Of a stretch of 64,000 nucleotides of DNA, positions 13,021-25,645 are shown in pieces (position 1 is the first letter of the stretch; each line of letters opens with the position of its first letter). Below the pieces are notes generated by a model that was not told the DNA's origin, did not search any database, and was given only the letters and a program-made list of their open reading frames with translations. A program made the position numbers and the translations under genes. Source of the stretch: Isurus oxyrinchus. Taxonomy: Eukaryota. Location: assembly GCA_026770705.1 (NCBI GenBank), contig JANJGN010000724.1, forward strand, positions 124,001 to 188,000, given 5' to 3'.

Positions 13021-13969
13021 TAGAAACTTACCTGTCAGAAGCCAGTTTATGTTGATGTGAGTCTGAGTCGATGACTGAACCCAGTTGGTGACTTGTTCCA
13101 TACAAAGCAAGAACGTTCATGACCTTCAATGTTCCTGGATAAACCATGAACAAAGCTGGTGACAGACAGTCTCCACATGGTAAACACTGACCGATCAACA
13201 CATGACATGGCTGTTAACCCTTAAACCTCAGCGTAAATCAGTTCCCCCTCGAGGCCCCTTGTCCAAAATAAAAGCAACGCACACAATTTGTAAAATAGTA
13301 AGTGTAGCAATGAGAGGAGTAAGGGGTTAGGGGGCATGCGGTTCACCTGATTTGCCGACATAAGAACCAGCCCCTCTGTTTTTGCTATGTTGTGTTGCGT
13401 CAATATGAACACATATTTGCACAAGGTGAAGGGCGTTGCGGAGGGACTGATAGTTCTCGGCGCCAGACAGTCAATGTCCCAGTGACCTTACTGCTGGTCC
13501 CAGGCCAGTGGGACAGGGAACATCGACACTGCAATATCCAGAAATGGGTGTGATACCACACAGCTACCCACCCGCGGCTGTCCCCTTCAAGTGTTTCAGG
13601 TATAAGAGCAGGAAGCTCCTCTAGTTACAAACCAAAGCATCAAAGCAGAGCCAGAAGATCAGAAGAGACAGGCAGAGATGGGAAGCTCCCAGATGAAATG
13701 GCGACTTGTCTTGTTCACTCTGACTTTGCTGCTCTCCCTGCAGCTGAGTCACTTCTTCTCCTTGTCGAGGGTAAGCTAAGAGATGTCCCTCTGGGTGAGG
13801 TGTTTCTTGCACATGAATCTATGTCTACCACCCAGATAGACTGGTCTCTTCCGCAGTTTGATATTATTATGTTCGTGCCTTTAATATTGTCGCCCTCTAT
13901 AAATTTAACATCATTTCCTTCTGTCGTTTCCCCTGAAATTCTCATTCTTGTTTTCAATCCCTCCTCAGC

Positions 13970-14900
13970 GACTCCCTATCTCTGTAACCTCCACCAGCCC
14001 GTACAACCCTCCCTATCTCTGTAAACTCCTCCAGCCCCTACAACCCTCCCTATCTCTGTAACCTCCACCAGGCCTTACAACCCTCCCTATCTCTGTAACC
14101 TCCTCCAGCCTCTACACCCCTCCCTATCTCTGTAACCTCCTCCAGCCGCTACAACCCTCCCTATATCTGTAACCTCCTCCAGCCCCTCCAACAATCCCTA
14201 TCTCTGTAACTTCCTCCAGCCCCTACAACTGTCCCTATCTCCGTAACCTCCTCCAGCCCCTACAACCCTCCCTATCTCTGTAATCTCCTCCAGCCCCTAT
14301 AAACCTCCCTATCTCTGTAACCTCCTCCAGCCCCTACAACCCTACCTATCTCTGTAACCTCCCCCAGACCCCACAACCCTCATGATCACTGTAACCTCCT
14401 CTAGACCCTACAACCCTCCCTATCTCTGTAACCTGCTCCAGACCCTACAACCCTCCCTATCTCTGTAACCTCCTCCAGACCCTACAACCCTCCCTATCTC
14501 TGTAACCTCCTCCAGGCCCCACGACCCTCAGAATCACTGTAACCTCCTCCAGCCCCTACAATGCTCATGAACTCTATAACGTCCTCTCCACACTATAACT
14601 CTCCCTATCTCTGTAACCTACTGTGGCCCCTACAACAGTATCTATTTTGGTAACCTCCTCCAGCCTCTACAACCCTCCCTACCTCTGTAACCTCCTCCAG
14701 CCCCCACAACCCCCCCATCTCTTTAACCTCCTACAGCCCCTACTCACCTCCCTATCTCTGTAACCTCCTACAGCCCCTACAACCTTCCCTATCTCTGTCA
14801 CCTCCTACAGCCTCTAGAACCCTCCCTATCTCTGTTACCTCCTACAGCCTCTACAACCCTCCCTATCTCTGTAACCTCCTCCAGCCGGAACAACCCTACC
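13970..14900 (+). repeat. 37-bp minisatellite (ccctccctatctctgtaacctcctccagcccctacaa); related arrays at 11075-11330 (-) and 46585-46890
   Basis: About 25 tandem units. Confidence 0.95.
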
Positions 14901-14964
14901 TAAATCTCTGGTCTGAGTCTCACTCCAGGGAATTCAGTCCCATAACGTCGGTCAACACTCCGTG

Positions 14965-15615
14965 TTGAGGGAGTGCTGCACTGTCAGAGGGTCAGTAGTG
15001 TGGAAGTGTTGCACTATTGGAGGGACAGTACTGAGTGAGTGCTATACTGTCGGAGGTCAGTACTGAGGAAGTGCTGCATTGTTACAGGGTCAGTACTGTT
15101 GAAGTGTTGCACTCTCGGAGGGTCAGTACTGAGGGAGTGCTGCACTGACGGAGGGACAATACTGTGGGAGTGCTGCTGTGTCGAAGGGTTAGTACTGAAA
15201 TAGAGCTGCACTGACGGAGGAACAGTACTGAGGGAGCGCAGCACTATCGAAGGGTTAGTACTGAGGGAGTGCTGCAGTGTCAAAGGGTTAGTACTGAGGG
15301 AGCGCAACAATGTTGAATGAGACATTAAACCGAGTCCCCCGTCTGCCCTCTCGGGCGGGTGTGAAAGATCCCACAGCCACTATTTGGAGGAAGAGCAGGG
15401 GGTGTTCTCCCCGGTGTCCTGGGACCAATATTTATCCCTCAACCAACATCACCAAAAACAGATGATCTAGGCCATGATCACATTGCTATTTGTGGGATCT
15501 TGCTGTGCACAAATCAGCTGCCACATTTCCTACAGTGTGAGTGCACTTCAAAAACATCCTTCAGTGGCTGTGAAATGCTTTGGGATGTGGTGAAAGGCGT
15601 TAGAGAAATGCAAGT
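14965..15615 (-). repeat. 33-bp minisatellite array joined to a SINE-like body (same arrangement at 17465-18075)
   Basis: Units run into ..gagacattaaaccgag..gatcccacagccactattt..ttgctgtgcacaaat.. Confidence 0.8.
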
Positions 15616-18584
15616 CTGTCTTCCTCCCTCTCTCTCTCCTGTACCTCTCTCTCTCTCTCTCCCTCTCCCTCAATCCTCCTCTCACTTTCTCCCTGATAAA
15701 TTCTTTCTTTTTGCAGGTTGACACTGCTTTAGGTTCTTCGACGATTGAGAAATCTGTGGATTCCCCGGACACGGTAGGTGGAAATTCATTCCTTATTTTA
15801 AGGTTTCTCCCTGCTCGTTTCTTCCACAGAAAGTTTTCTGATTTCAAGCTGATTTCAGTGGCAGTCTGTCTCGGTTATACTCAGGAGGCAGGTTTGAAAT
15901 CGAGCCCCCCCCCCACTTTTTTTGCAAAGCTGGGAAGAGGCAATTCCAAGGAAGTGAACATATCCCCACAGGAATTTTAAATGTAACCCACGCCGGGAAT
16001 AGTGAGAGGGAGACTGATCCAGCCTGGGAGTGGGTTAAAGAGAGGCTGGGAGTCGAGAGTCGGAGAGAGGGATGGAATGGGGGAGGGAGGGATTGGAAGA
16101 GAGAGACAGAGAGTGGGACGGGGAGGGGTGAAAGGGAAAGAACATAGGTGGGAGAGAGTGACAGAGGGAGAAATTAAAGAGATGCAGAGTGAGGGAAAGT
16201 GAAAAGGGAAGAGAGATTATCCAAGAGAGAGAAATTAACAGGAAAGGGAGAGTTACAGAGTGAGCGAAAGGTACAAAAATAGTGTGAGAGAGAGGGAGAG
16301 ATACAGAGTGGGAGAAGGAGACAGGGGAGAGAGAGGGAGAGAGACAGGAAAAGGGAGAGAGGAGAGAAAGATTGGGAGAGAGGGCAATTGAGCGGAAGAG
16401 TAGGAGAGAGAGAGACAGGGAGAGGAGGAGTGGAAGAGAGGAAGAGAGAGAGAGATATGGAGCAGGAGAACACCTCCTCCGGTCCCGATGTTCCTCCAAA
16501 ATCTCTGACATTACTGCATCTCCCGGGTCCCCCTGATTCCCATCGCTCCACCATTGGTGGCCGTGCCTTCAGCTGCCTGGGGCCCTGAGCTCCGGAATAC
16601 CCTCCCTTAACCTCTCTGCCTCTCTCTCTCTCTCTCCTTTAAGACGCTCCTTAAAAACTGACATCTTTGACCAAGCTTTTGGTCACCTATCCCTAATATC
16701 TCCATATGTGACTCAGTGTTAGACTTCTCTCTGATTTACGCTCCGGTAATGTGGGCTGGGACATTTTGCAATGTCAGAGGCGCTGTGTAAATGCAAGTTG
16801 TGAGTGTTATGTGGAAGGGAGACCCCAGGCGGCAGTCAGTGCCAGAGACTGGAGTCATTGTGTGCAGACCGTATCTAATCTCTCCGAATGCACAATCAGT
16901 TTGACTGTCAGCCAAAGCATTTTTGATATTTGATCCTTCTACCTGTTTATAACCAGGCCTACATCAAACACCGAGAGGCTGGTTAATCAACAGACACCTT
17001 AGAGGATCGAGTGAAAGACAAAGAGGACTTGCATTTCTCTATAAAAACAAAGAAAACTGCAGATGCTGGAAAGCCAAAACAAAAACAGAATTACCTGAAA
17101 AAACTCAGCAGGTCTGGCAGCATCGGCGGAGAAGAAAAGAGTTGACGTTTCGAGTCCTCAGAAGGGTCATGAGGACTCGAAACGTCAACTCTTGCATTTC
17201 TCTAGCGCCTTCCAACACATCAGGACGTCCCAAACTGTTTCGCAGACAATCAAGTGCTTTTTTTCTTTCATGTGAGGTCACTGATGTACTGTGGGAAAAG
17301 AATCAGCCATTGGCGCACAGTAAGATCCCACAGACAGCAGCATGATAATGACCAGCGCGCTCCCAGTACTTGCACTGCAAGTGTCAGTTCAGGGTGTCTG
17401 CTCGATTCTCTGCAACTCTCAGCTCTGAGTTAAAAGGACCACCAGGCATAATTGAGAAATTACCGAGCTGTCGGAGGGTCAGTACCGGCGGGGGGGCAGG
17501 ACAGTCGGAGGGTCAGTACTGAGGGGGTGCTGCATTGTCAGACGGTCAGTCTTGGAGTGCTGCACTGTCAGAGGGTCAGTACCGGCGGGGGACTGCACAG
17601 TCGGAGGGTCAGTACTGAGGGGGTGCTGCATTGTCAGACGGTCAGTACTGAGGGAGTGCTGCACTGTCGGAGGGTCAGTACTGAGGGGGTGCTGCACTGT
17701 TGAAGGCGCTGTCTTTCAGATGAGATGTTAAACTGAGACAACATCTGCCCTCTCAGATGGATGTAGAGGATTCCATGGCCACAATTTAAATGAAGTGCGT
17801 CAGGAGTTGGGGTGTATGTGTGGAGGGGGTGGTGGGGGGTGGATGGGATGCGGTTATGTCTGCTTTCCTGGGGCAAACATTTATCCCTCAACTGACATTG
17901 GTAAAAAACTGAAAATCGGGGCCATTATCACATTTCTGTTTGTGGGATCTTGCTGTGCGTGAATTGCCTGCTGCGTTTCCTACATTACAGCGGTGAGCTC
18001 ACTTCAGAAAAAGTCCTTCCTTCAGCTGTGGAACACTTTGGGCCATCCTGAGGAGGGGAAAGGCGCTATAGAAATGCGCCATCCTCCTTCCAATGACGCG
18101 CCTGATTGAAATGATGCCTTCTTTCTTTCCGGAATGGTCTCACCTATTGTGCTCCTGCTTTTCCAGGGCTCCTTGCTGCAGCGCCAGAAGAGAATGGGCA
18201 GACAGCAGCTCTGCAGATTCTGCTGTAACTGCTGTAATTGGAGAGAACCAAATGAGACTTGTGGTCTCTGCTGTAGATATTAGACCCTGGCCTCATTCAC
18301 GCAAGGACATCCTGCACCATGCCACAGCCTCTCCCCTCCTTATCTACTGCTTAGCAATCTATTTCACACAGGCCCTGTTCATTAATTCCAACTGAAACTT
18401 TACCTGCGTTTTACAGCAGGGAAAGAAGCCATTCGGCCCATCTGCTCCATGCTGGTGTTTCTGCTCCACACGAGTCTCCGCCCACCCCTTCTCCATCTCA
18501 CCCCATCACCATATCCTTCTATTCATTTCTCCCTCGTGTGTTTATCCAGCTTCCCCTTAAATACATCGACACTATTCACCTCAC

Positions 18585-19045
18585 GTGACTGTTTGTGTCT
18601 GTCTTTATGAGCGTGTGTGTGTGACTGTCAATATGTGTGTGTAAATGTGAATGTGTGTGGTTGTGTCAGCGTGTGTGTGTGTATGTGTGACTGTCAGTGC
18701 GTGTCAATGTGAATGTGTGTGATTGTGTCAGCGTGTGTGTGTGTGTGTGTATGTGTGTGTGTGACTGTGTCAGTGTGTGTCAATGTGAATGAGTGAGTGT
18801 GTCAGTGTGTCTGTGTGGGTGTGTGTGACTGTGTCAGTGTGTGTCAATGTGAATGAGTGAGTGTGTCAGTGTGTCTGTGTGGGTGTGTGTGACTGTGTCA
18901 GTGTGTGTCAATGTGAATGAGTGAGTGTGTCAGTGTGTCTGTGTGGGTGTGTGTGACTGTGTCAGTGTGTGTCAATGTGAATGAGTGAGTGTGTCAGTGT
19001 GTCTGTGTGGGTGTGGGTGTGTGAGTGTGCAAGTGAATGTGTGAG
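18585..19045 (+). repeat. GT-rich repeat with a 64-bp unit, about 4 copies from 18761
   Basis: Unit recurs at 18761, 18825, 18889 and 18953. Confidence 0.9.
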
Positions 19046-20889
19046 GAATCTTATGACTAAGTCATTTGAATGGATGTTACTGGGGTTAATGATAGTTAAA
19101 ATTCAGAGAGATGTAAAGCGGGATTTTGATTTTGCTGCTTTATGCTCCCGGGCACAGATTCACCCCGACAATGTGTTCATGATTCACCATTATCTTGTCG
19201 GGACTTTAATTGTAAAGATTATGATTTGTGAAAAAAAATGAATAAACAACTTTTGTCTTCACAAAGTGTCTGGCTTGGTATTTCAGGCTACTTGTCTCCC
19301 CCTCACCCTCCCCCCCCACCATGCCCCCCACACCAGGGAACAATTGTCCCCCCTTCCTCTGAAGTTCTGGGTAAAGATCAGCTTTGTTCAATGCAAACTG
19401 TTCCGACATCGAGAACGTTGTTACAAATATCACACAAAGGGCACACGCCATGATAGCCCACTTTCAACAGATTTTACCAGTTGACCAGGTTAAAAACCTT
19501 TTCATAAACCACAACGTAGGTGTTCAATTCTTGCTGCTGTTTGCTTAATGTTCTCATAACTGCTATAACCTCTCTAGTTCCACTACATAACAACACCAAC
19601 ATAAATAAACAGAAGCAGGAGTAGGCCTTTTGGCCTCCCAAGCCAGCTTGTCCATTCAATTTGAACCTGGCTCCTGCTGAAAGTTATTTAAGTTGAAGCG
19701 ATAAAGCCATCAGGTGCAGGGATTAAAATGTAAGCAAAGGAAAAATAATACTTAGACATGAGATTTAAAATCAGTTTCTGTGAAGAATCATACTGAGGCC
19801 ATTGCACTGGATTCCTTCTTTCCAGAGTGAAGGGTTTAAAACTAGGAGTCACATTCAGCAGCTGCGTTGTCTTCTCTAGTTGACTATTTGGAGGTTGCCT
19901 GTAGATGTGAATCAGCAGGTCAGCAGCTTTGGGGAGTGAGTGAAGGTCCCTTTTATTTACAGGATCTGCCACAGGGTGTGCAGGAATATTCCTGCTGAAT
20001 TCTCCATCCTTGCATTCATGAAGGGTTTGAAACTGGAAGTCATATTCAGCAGCTGCAATGGCCTCTGTAGCCAACTGTCTGGAGGTTGCCTGTACAGGTG
20101 GACTCAGCAGGTCAACAGCTTTGTAGGGCGGGGGGGTGCATGGGTAGTAAAGGTCCCTTTACTTTAAAGGCTCTGCCAGTGCAACACTTGATGATCCTGG
20201 GTCAAAATCATGTATCACCCTCCCCAACAGCACTGTGGATGTGCCCTATGGAGGTTCCTTGGCTTCGACAAGCAGCCTACCAGCTCTACTCTCAATTCCT
20301 CTTCGCACTTGCTTCCTTCCTCCTCTGGTCTTTACTTTGTTATAGTGTTAGTGTCCGCTCTGCCTTTTTTGTTGCTTTCCCAATTCTTCCCACCAACTCT
20401 CTCTGGCTTGATCCTTCTCTGTGCTCATCTCATTGGTTTGGGTTTCTATCCGTTCATTGACCTGGTGTAATCTGAAACTGGTGCAATCAGGTAGGGGTGG
20501 GGGGGTTGGCGCTGGCCGTGGGTGGTGATACACGGCTACCTTTTTACCAAAATTCTTTCACGGGATGTGGACAGCGTTTGTTACCTGTTCCAGACTGACC
20601 CCTTGAGAAGGGGGTGCTGAGCTGCCTTTTCGAAGTGCTGCAGTTCACCTGGTTTGACTGGTCTGTGGTGGGTTTTGATATAACTCAGTGGCTTGCTCGG
20701 CCATTTCAGGGGCCAGTTAAGAGTCAACCACATTGCTGTGGGTCAGGAGTCACACGTAGGCCAGAATGGGTAAGGACGGCCGGTTTCCTTCCCCAAAGGG
20801 CATTAGTGACCCAGATGGGTTTTTGCAACAATTGGCCTTAGTTTCATGGTCACCATTACTGAGACTAGCTTCGCATTCCAGATGTCACA

Positions 20890-23090
20890 TCCAGTCATGG
20901 ACAATTAAACAACTCACTGGAGGAGGAGGCTCCACAAATATCCCCATCCTCAATGATGGAGGAGCCCAGCACATCGGTGCAAAAGACAAGACTGAAGCAT
21001 GCGCAACAATCTTCAGCCAGAAGTGCTGAGTGGGTGATCCATCTCGGCCTCCTCCGGAGATCCCCAGCATCAGAGATGCCAATCTTTAGCCAATTCGATT
21101 AATTCCACGTGACATCAAGAAAGGGCTGAAGGCACTGGATATTGCAAAGGCTCCAGGCCCTGACAATATTCTGGCAATAGTACTGAAGACTTGTGCTCCA
21201 GAACTTGCTGCGCCCCTAGCCAAGCTTTTCTGGAATTTTCTAGTACAGCTGCAACACTGGCAACTACCCGGCTATGGGGTACGTCCTGTACACAAAAAGC
21301 AGGACAAATCCAACCCAGCCAATTCCCCAGCAGTCTATTCTTGATCATTACTAAAGTGATGGAAGGGGTCATCAACAGTGCTTGCAAGCAGCACCTGCTT
21401 AGCAAGAACCTGCTCACTGACGCTCAGTTTGTGTTCCACCAGGATCATTCAGCTCCTGGCCTCATTACAGCCTTGGTTCAAACATGCACAAATGAGCTGA
21501 ACTCCAGAGGTGAGAGTGACTGCCCTTGATATCAAGGCAGCATTTGACTGAGTGTGGCAAATCAAGGAGCCCGAGCAAAACTGGAGTCAATGGGAATCGG
21601 GGGAAAACTCTCCGCTGCTTGGAGTCATACCCAGCACAAAGGACGATGGTTGTGATTATTGGGGGTCAATCATCTCAGTTCCAGGACATCACTGCAGGAG
21701 TTACTCAGGGTAGTGTCCTAGGCTCAAACATCTTCAACTGCTTCATCAATGACCTTCCTTCCATCATAAGGTCAGAAGTGGGGATGTTTGCTGATGTTTG
21801 CACAATGTTCAGCACCATTCACGGCTCCTCAGATACTGAAGCAAGTTATGTCCAAATGCAGCAAGACCTGGACAACATCCAGGCTTGGGCTGACAGGTGA
21901 CAAGTAACATTCATGCCACACAAGTACCAAGCAATGACCAACTCCAACAAGAGAGAATCTCATTGAAGGTGCAGAAAATTTGGATTTATGTTCAAGAGCC
22001 AGCCAGGACCAACAGCTAGGGCGCCAAAGCGTACACATCCTTACGTGAAAACTTAAAAACCTGTACTAAGGGATCCGTTGGAAATTTGCAATGAGGAAAT
22101 GGGAGACACACACACAAGGACACTGGGTGACTCAATCAAGAAATGGGGAAGGTTATTTCACACCGTCCGATGGCCTTGAACCACATCCAGTCAGCCCCCG
22201 GAAACCTTTTGTAGCGAACAAACATAGATTCTTTGCTGTCTCAAAAGGACAATAGCCAGTCTCTGCCCTGTAATTACTGTACAAGAACACAATTATCAGC
22301 CCACCGGGGGGTCATTGTGCTGTGGCCTTTGTCTAACTAATACCATTACGTTGTAACTGAGAGTAAAAATATATAAACTGTGCTCATTTGAACCTCGGTG
22401 GAGAAGCGCCTGGACTGCCCAGCGTTTGCTCCCCACATGCGTAATATAGGAACCACTTGAATATTGCATCTGGAGTCCGAGTGTTGAAATTTTGTACCAG
22501 AATATTCCACAGACCATTCATAACCATCGCCCCTTGGCATTCAATGGCATTACCATCAATGAATCCCCCAATATCAACATCCTGGGAGTTACCATTGAGC
22601 AGAAACTGAACTGGACCAGCCATATAAACACTGTGGCTGCAAGAGCAGGTCAGAGGCTGGGAACCCTGCAGACAGTAACTCACCTCCTGACTCCCCAAAG
22701 CCTGTCCACCATCTACAACGCACAAGTCAGGAGTGTGATGGAATACTCTCCACATGCCTGGATGAGTGCAGCTCCAACAACACTCAAGAAGCTCGACACC
22801 ATCCAGGACAAAGCAGCCCAATTGATTGGCTCCCCTTCCACAGAGCTAGATAGATTCTTGATTAACAAGGGGGTGAAAGGTCATTGGGGGTAGGCAGGAA
22901 TGTGAGGTTGAGGTGACAATCAGATCAGCCATGATCTTACTGAATGGCGGAGCAGGTTCGAGGGACTGAGTGACCTACTCCTGATCCTAACTCAGATATC
23001 CAGATGTTCTCAAAGGCAATTGGGGATGGGCAACAAATACTGGCCTAGTCAGCGACACCAACATCCCTGAAATGAATAAGAAAAAAATGT
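20890..23090 (+). mobile_element. CR1/L2-clade LINE (same family as 304-1372), interrupted by insertions
   Basis: QGSVLG..FINDLP..FAD..QQDLD and ILGVTI..LNW RT motifs; strong similarity to 304-960. Confidence 0.9.
21964..22520 (+). mobile_element. Solo-LTR-like insertion, 557 bp
   Basis: Splits the LINE sequence gaatct/aaccatc; TGAA...TTCA ends; internal TATA-like motif; target-site duplication imperfect. Confidence 0.6.
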
Positions 23091-24334
23091 ATCAATCAAT
23101 TAAATTTATTGATTAATCGAATTGAAATTCCTCCAGCTGCCGTGGTGGGATTTGAACCCGTGCCTTCAAAGCATTCACCTGGGCCTCTGGATCACTGGCC
23201 TAGTGCCATTCCCATTGTGCGACTGTCTGCTATCATCATGGCTCTTTCACATCGATGTGGAAGTCCTGATAACAGAAGCATTGGACGAGGTACAGAAAGG
23301 TGACAGATCAGGAGCTCCATTGCTCAATATGAACGGATAATAAAGATAAATGAACATAAACCTTCCAGTCGCTAATTAGGGAGTCACTGTGGAGCCCATG
23401 AGTCCCTCGCAGCGCTATTGCAACCTTCTGGATCCCCAGTAGGGGACTCGGGGTGCAACTGTGTCTTCCTCATCATTTGGAAAAGCCGGAATTGTTCGGG
23501 TGCCCCTTCAAACAGGCCGAAGATGCAGTGGGTGATGTCTCCCACAGGCCCTGGGAGACCTCCCCTGCCAATTTGTTTTGTAGCTTATTCTTCAACTGCG
23601 ACATTGGATCAGCTTGAAAAAGGGTGGGGCTGAGGCAATACCACCAGGTAAGCGTCTATCCCCTCACACGTCACTCCCCCCCACCCCCGTAACCATCACA
23701 GTCCCTCCCATCGTGCTGGAGGAGCATAATGTGCACATTCCCCTCCTTCCAATCAGTCTCCTCCCTTCCTCTCTAATCCTTGATCTTATTGTGTTCGGGG
23801 TTCACATCCCAGTCCTCCTCCCTAGACTGTCTGATGTTGACATCCCAATGCCCCATGTAGACCTGACCTCTCTCCAACTAGAGGCCCATTGTACTGTGAC
23901 TTACAGAGACCACCGGCCCCCCTCGATTCCCACCCCCACCCCTACTCTCTATATTACCTGCTCCCCACTGACAGGCTGCAGATGCCTCCCCTGACTGGGA
24001 TTGTGCCACCTGCGGCCTAGTATCAAGCCCCCACCCCCAGGATGGACGTGTGTGAGGGACTGACCACGTCACTCACACCATGCTGGGCACGACCAACCCA
24101 GGACTGCCAGGCTGTCCCCACCACACTGGACTGAGACTAGAATAGGCGTGCCAAGCACAGCTCTCTAAATCGTGGCGCAGACCCACAGCACTCGCAATGT
24201 TTTGTGGCCCGAATCCTTGCTGAGGAACTGCCCAGCACTAAAAGCAAAAAAACTGCAGATGCTGGAAATCCAAAACAGAAACAGAAACAGAAATACCTGG
24301 AAAAACTCAGCAGGTCTGGCAGCATCGGCGGAGA

Positions 24335-24755
24335 AGTACTGAGGTAGTGCGGCACTGTCGGAGGTTCAGTACTGAGGGAGTGCTGCACTGTCGGAGGGTC
24401 TGAGCTGAGGGAGTGCTGCACTGTTGGAGGCTCTGAACTGAGGGAGTGCTGCACTGTCGGAGGGTTTGAACTGAGGGAGTGCTGCACTGTCGGATGGTTT
24501 GAACTGAGAGAGTGCTGCACTGTCGGAGGTTCTGATCTGAGGGAGTGCTGCACTGTCTGAGGGTTTGAACTGAGGGAGTGCTGCAAAGTCGGAGGGTCTG
24601 AACTGAGGGAGTGCTGCACTGTCGGAGGGTTTGAACTGAGGGAGTGCTGCATTGTCGGAGGGTCTGATCTGAAGGAGTGCTGCACTGTAGGAGGGTCTGA
24701 ACTGAGGGAGTGCTGCGCTGTTGGAGGGTCAGTACTGAGGGAGTGCTGCGCTGTC
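24335..24755 (-). repeat. 33-bp minisatellite array at the distal end of inverted copy E
   Basis: Tandem units in reverse orientation. Confidence 0.95.
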
Positions 24756-25645
24756 TAAAGAACATTATACAAATTGCACAAAATTGCATCTGATGCCTGT
24801 GTCTCATGCTAACATGAAGTTCATGCACACAACAGGAATATTTCTCGCTGTTTCTCAGCAGCAAGACAGCTTTGGTATCACACCACCCACTGGCAAGAGT
24901 GTGCAGCTACAATGTGACATGTTTACATTGGAAATTTCTATTATAAAGATGGACAGAGGAATTCATCTGATTGGAAAACGTGACAACATGAAGTAATGTC
25001 TTTGAGCCAAGAATTTTGCAGCAAAATAAGAATTTTAATCTCTAAATATCTACAGAACAGGCTGAGCATTTTAATCACTTGAGTTAATCAATGTAATTTT
25101 ATTCATAAGCCAAATGCTTCTTACAAACTATCGCAGCATGAAAAAGGTGCAGCATTCAGAAAGCACATTCCAATCAGAGAACAGAGTTTAGCAACGTCAC
25201 ATTTCTGTTCATTCCTATTCGACCATGTTGGCTGCACACAGCCAGACAATGCCGTGGTTATGATGTGTCCACACAGCAGGACTGGGGAGCACCAGGTATA
25301 AGGAAAAGTTTCAGCTTGCTGAGGAGAAGAAGGAGAATCTCTCGTTCCAGGTTTCTCTCCGTACATTAAGAAGCAGGCATGCCGATGTTTCATTGCACTC
25401 TGTCTGCTGATGGGAGTCCGCTTGGAAATTGCTGTTTGTGCTGCTGGAAAGAATAAGCTTTTCATAAATTGAGGGATTGAGTACAAACACAGGGAGGTTA
25501 TGCTGAACATTTATAAAGCTCTGGTTAGGTGACAACTAGAGTATTGTGTCCAGTTCTGGTCTCCTCACTTTGGGAAGGAAGTGAGGGTCCTTGAGAGGGT
25601 GGGGAGGAGATTGAGCAGAATGGGTCCAGGGATGAGGGATTTTAG

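Noticed and set aside
15990-16470. Ser/Leu-rich and Glu/Arg-rich ORFs (also at 11978-12200)
   Set aside because: GA-rich low-complexity sequence
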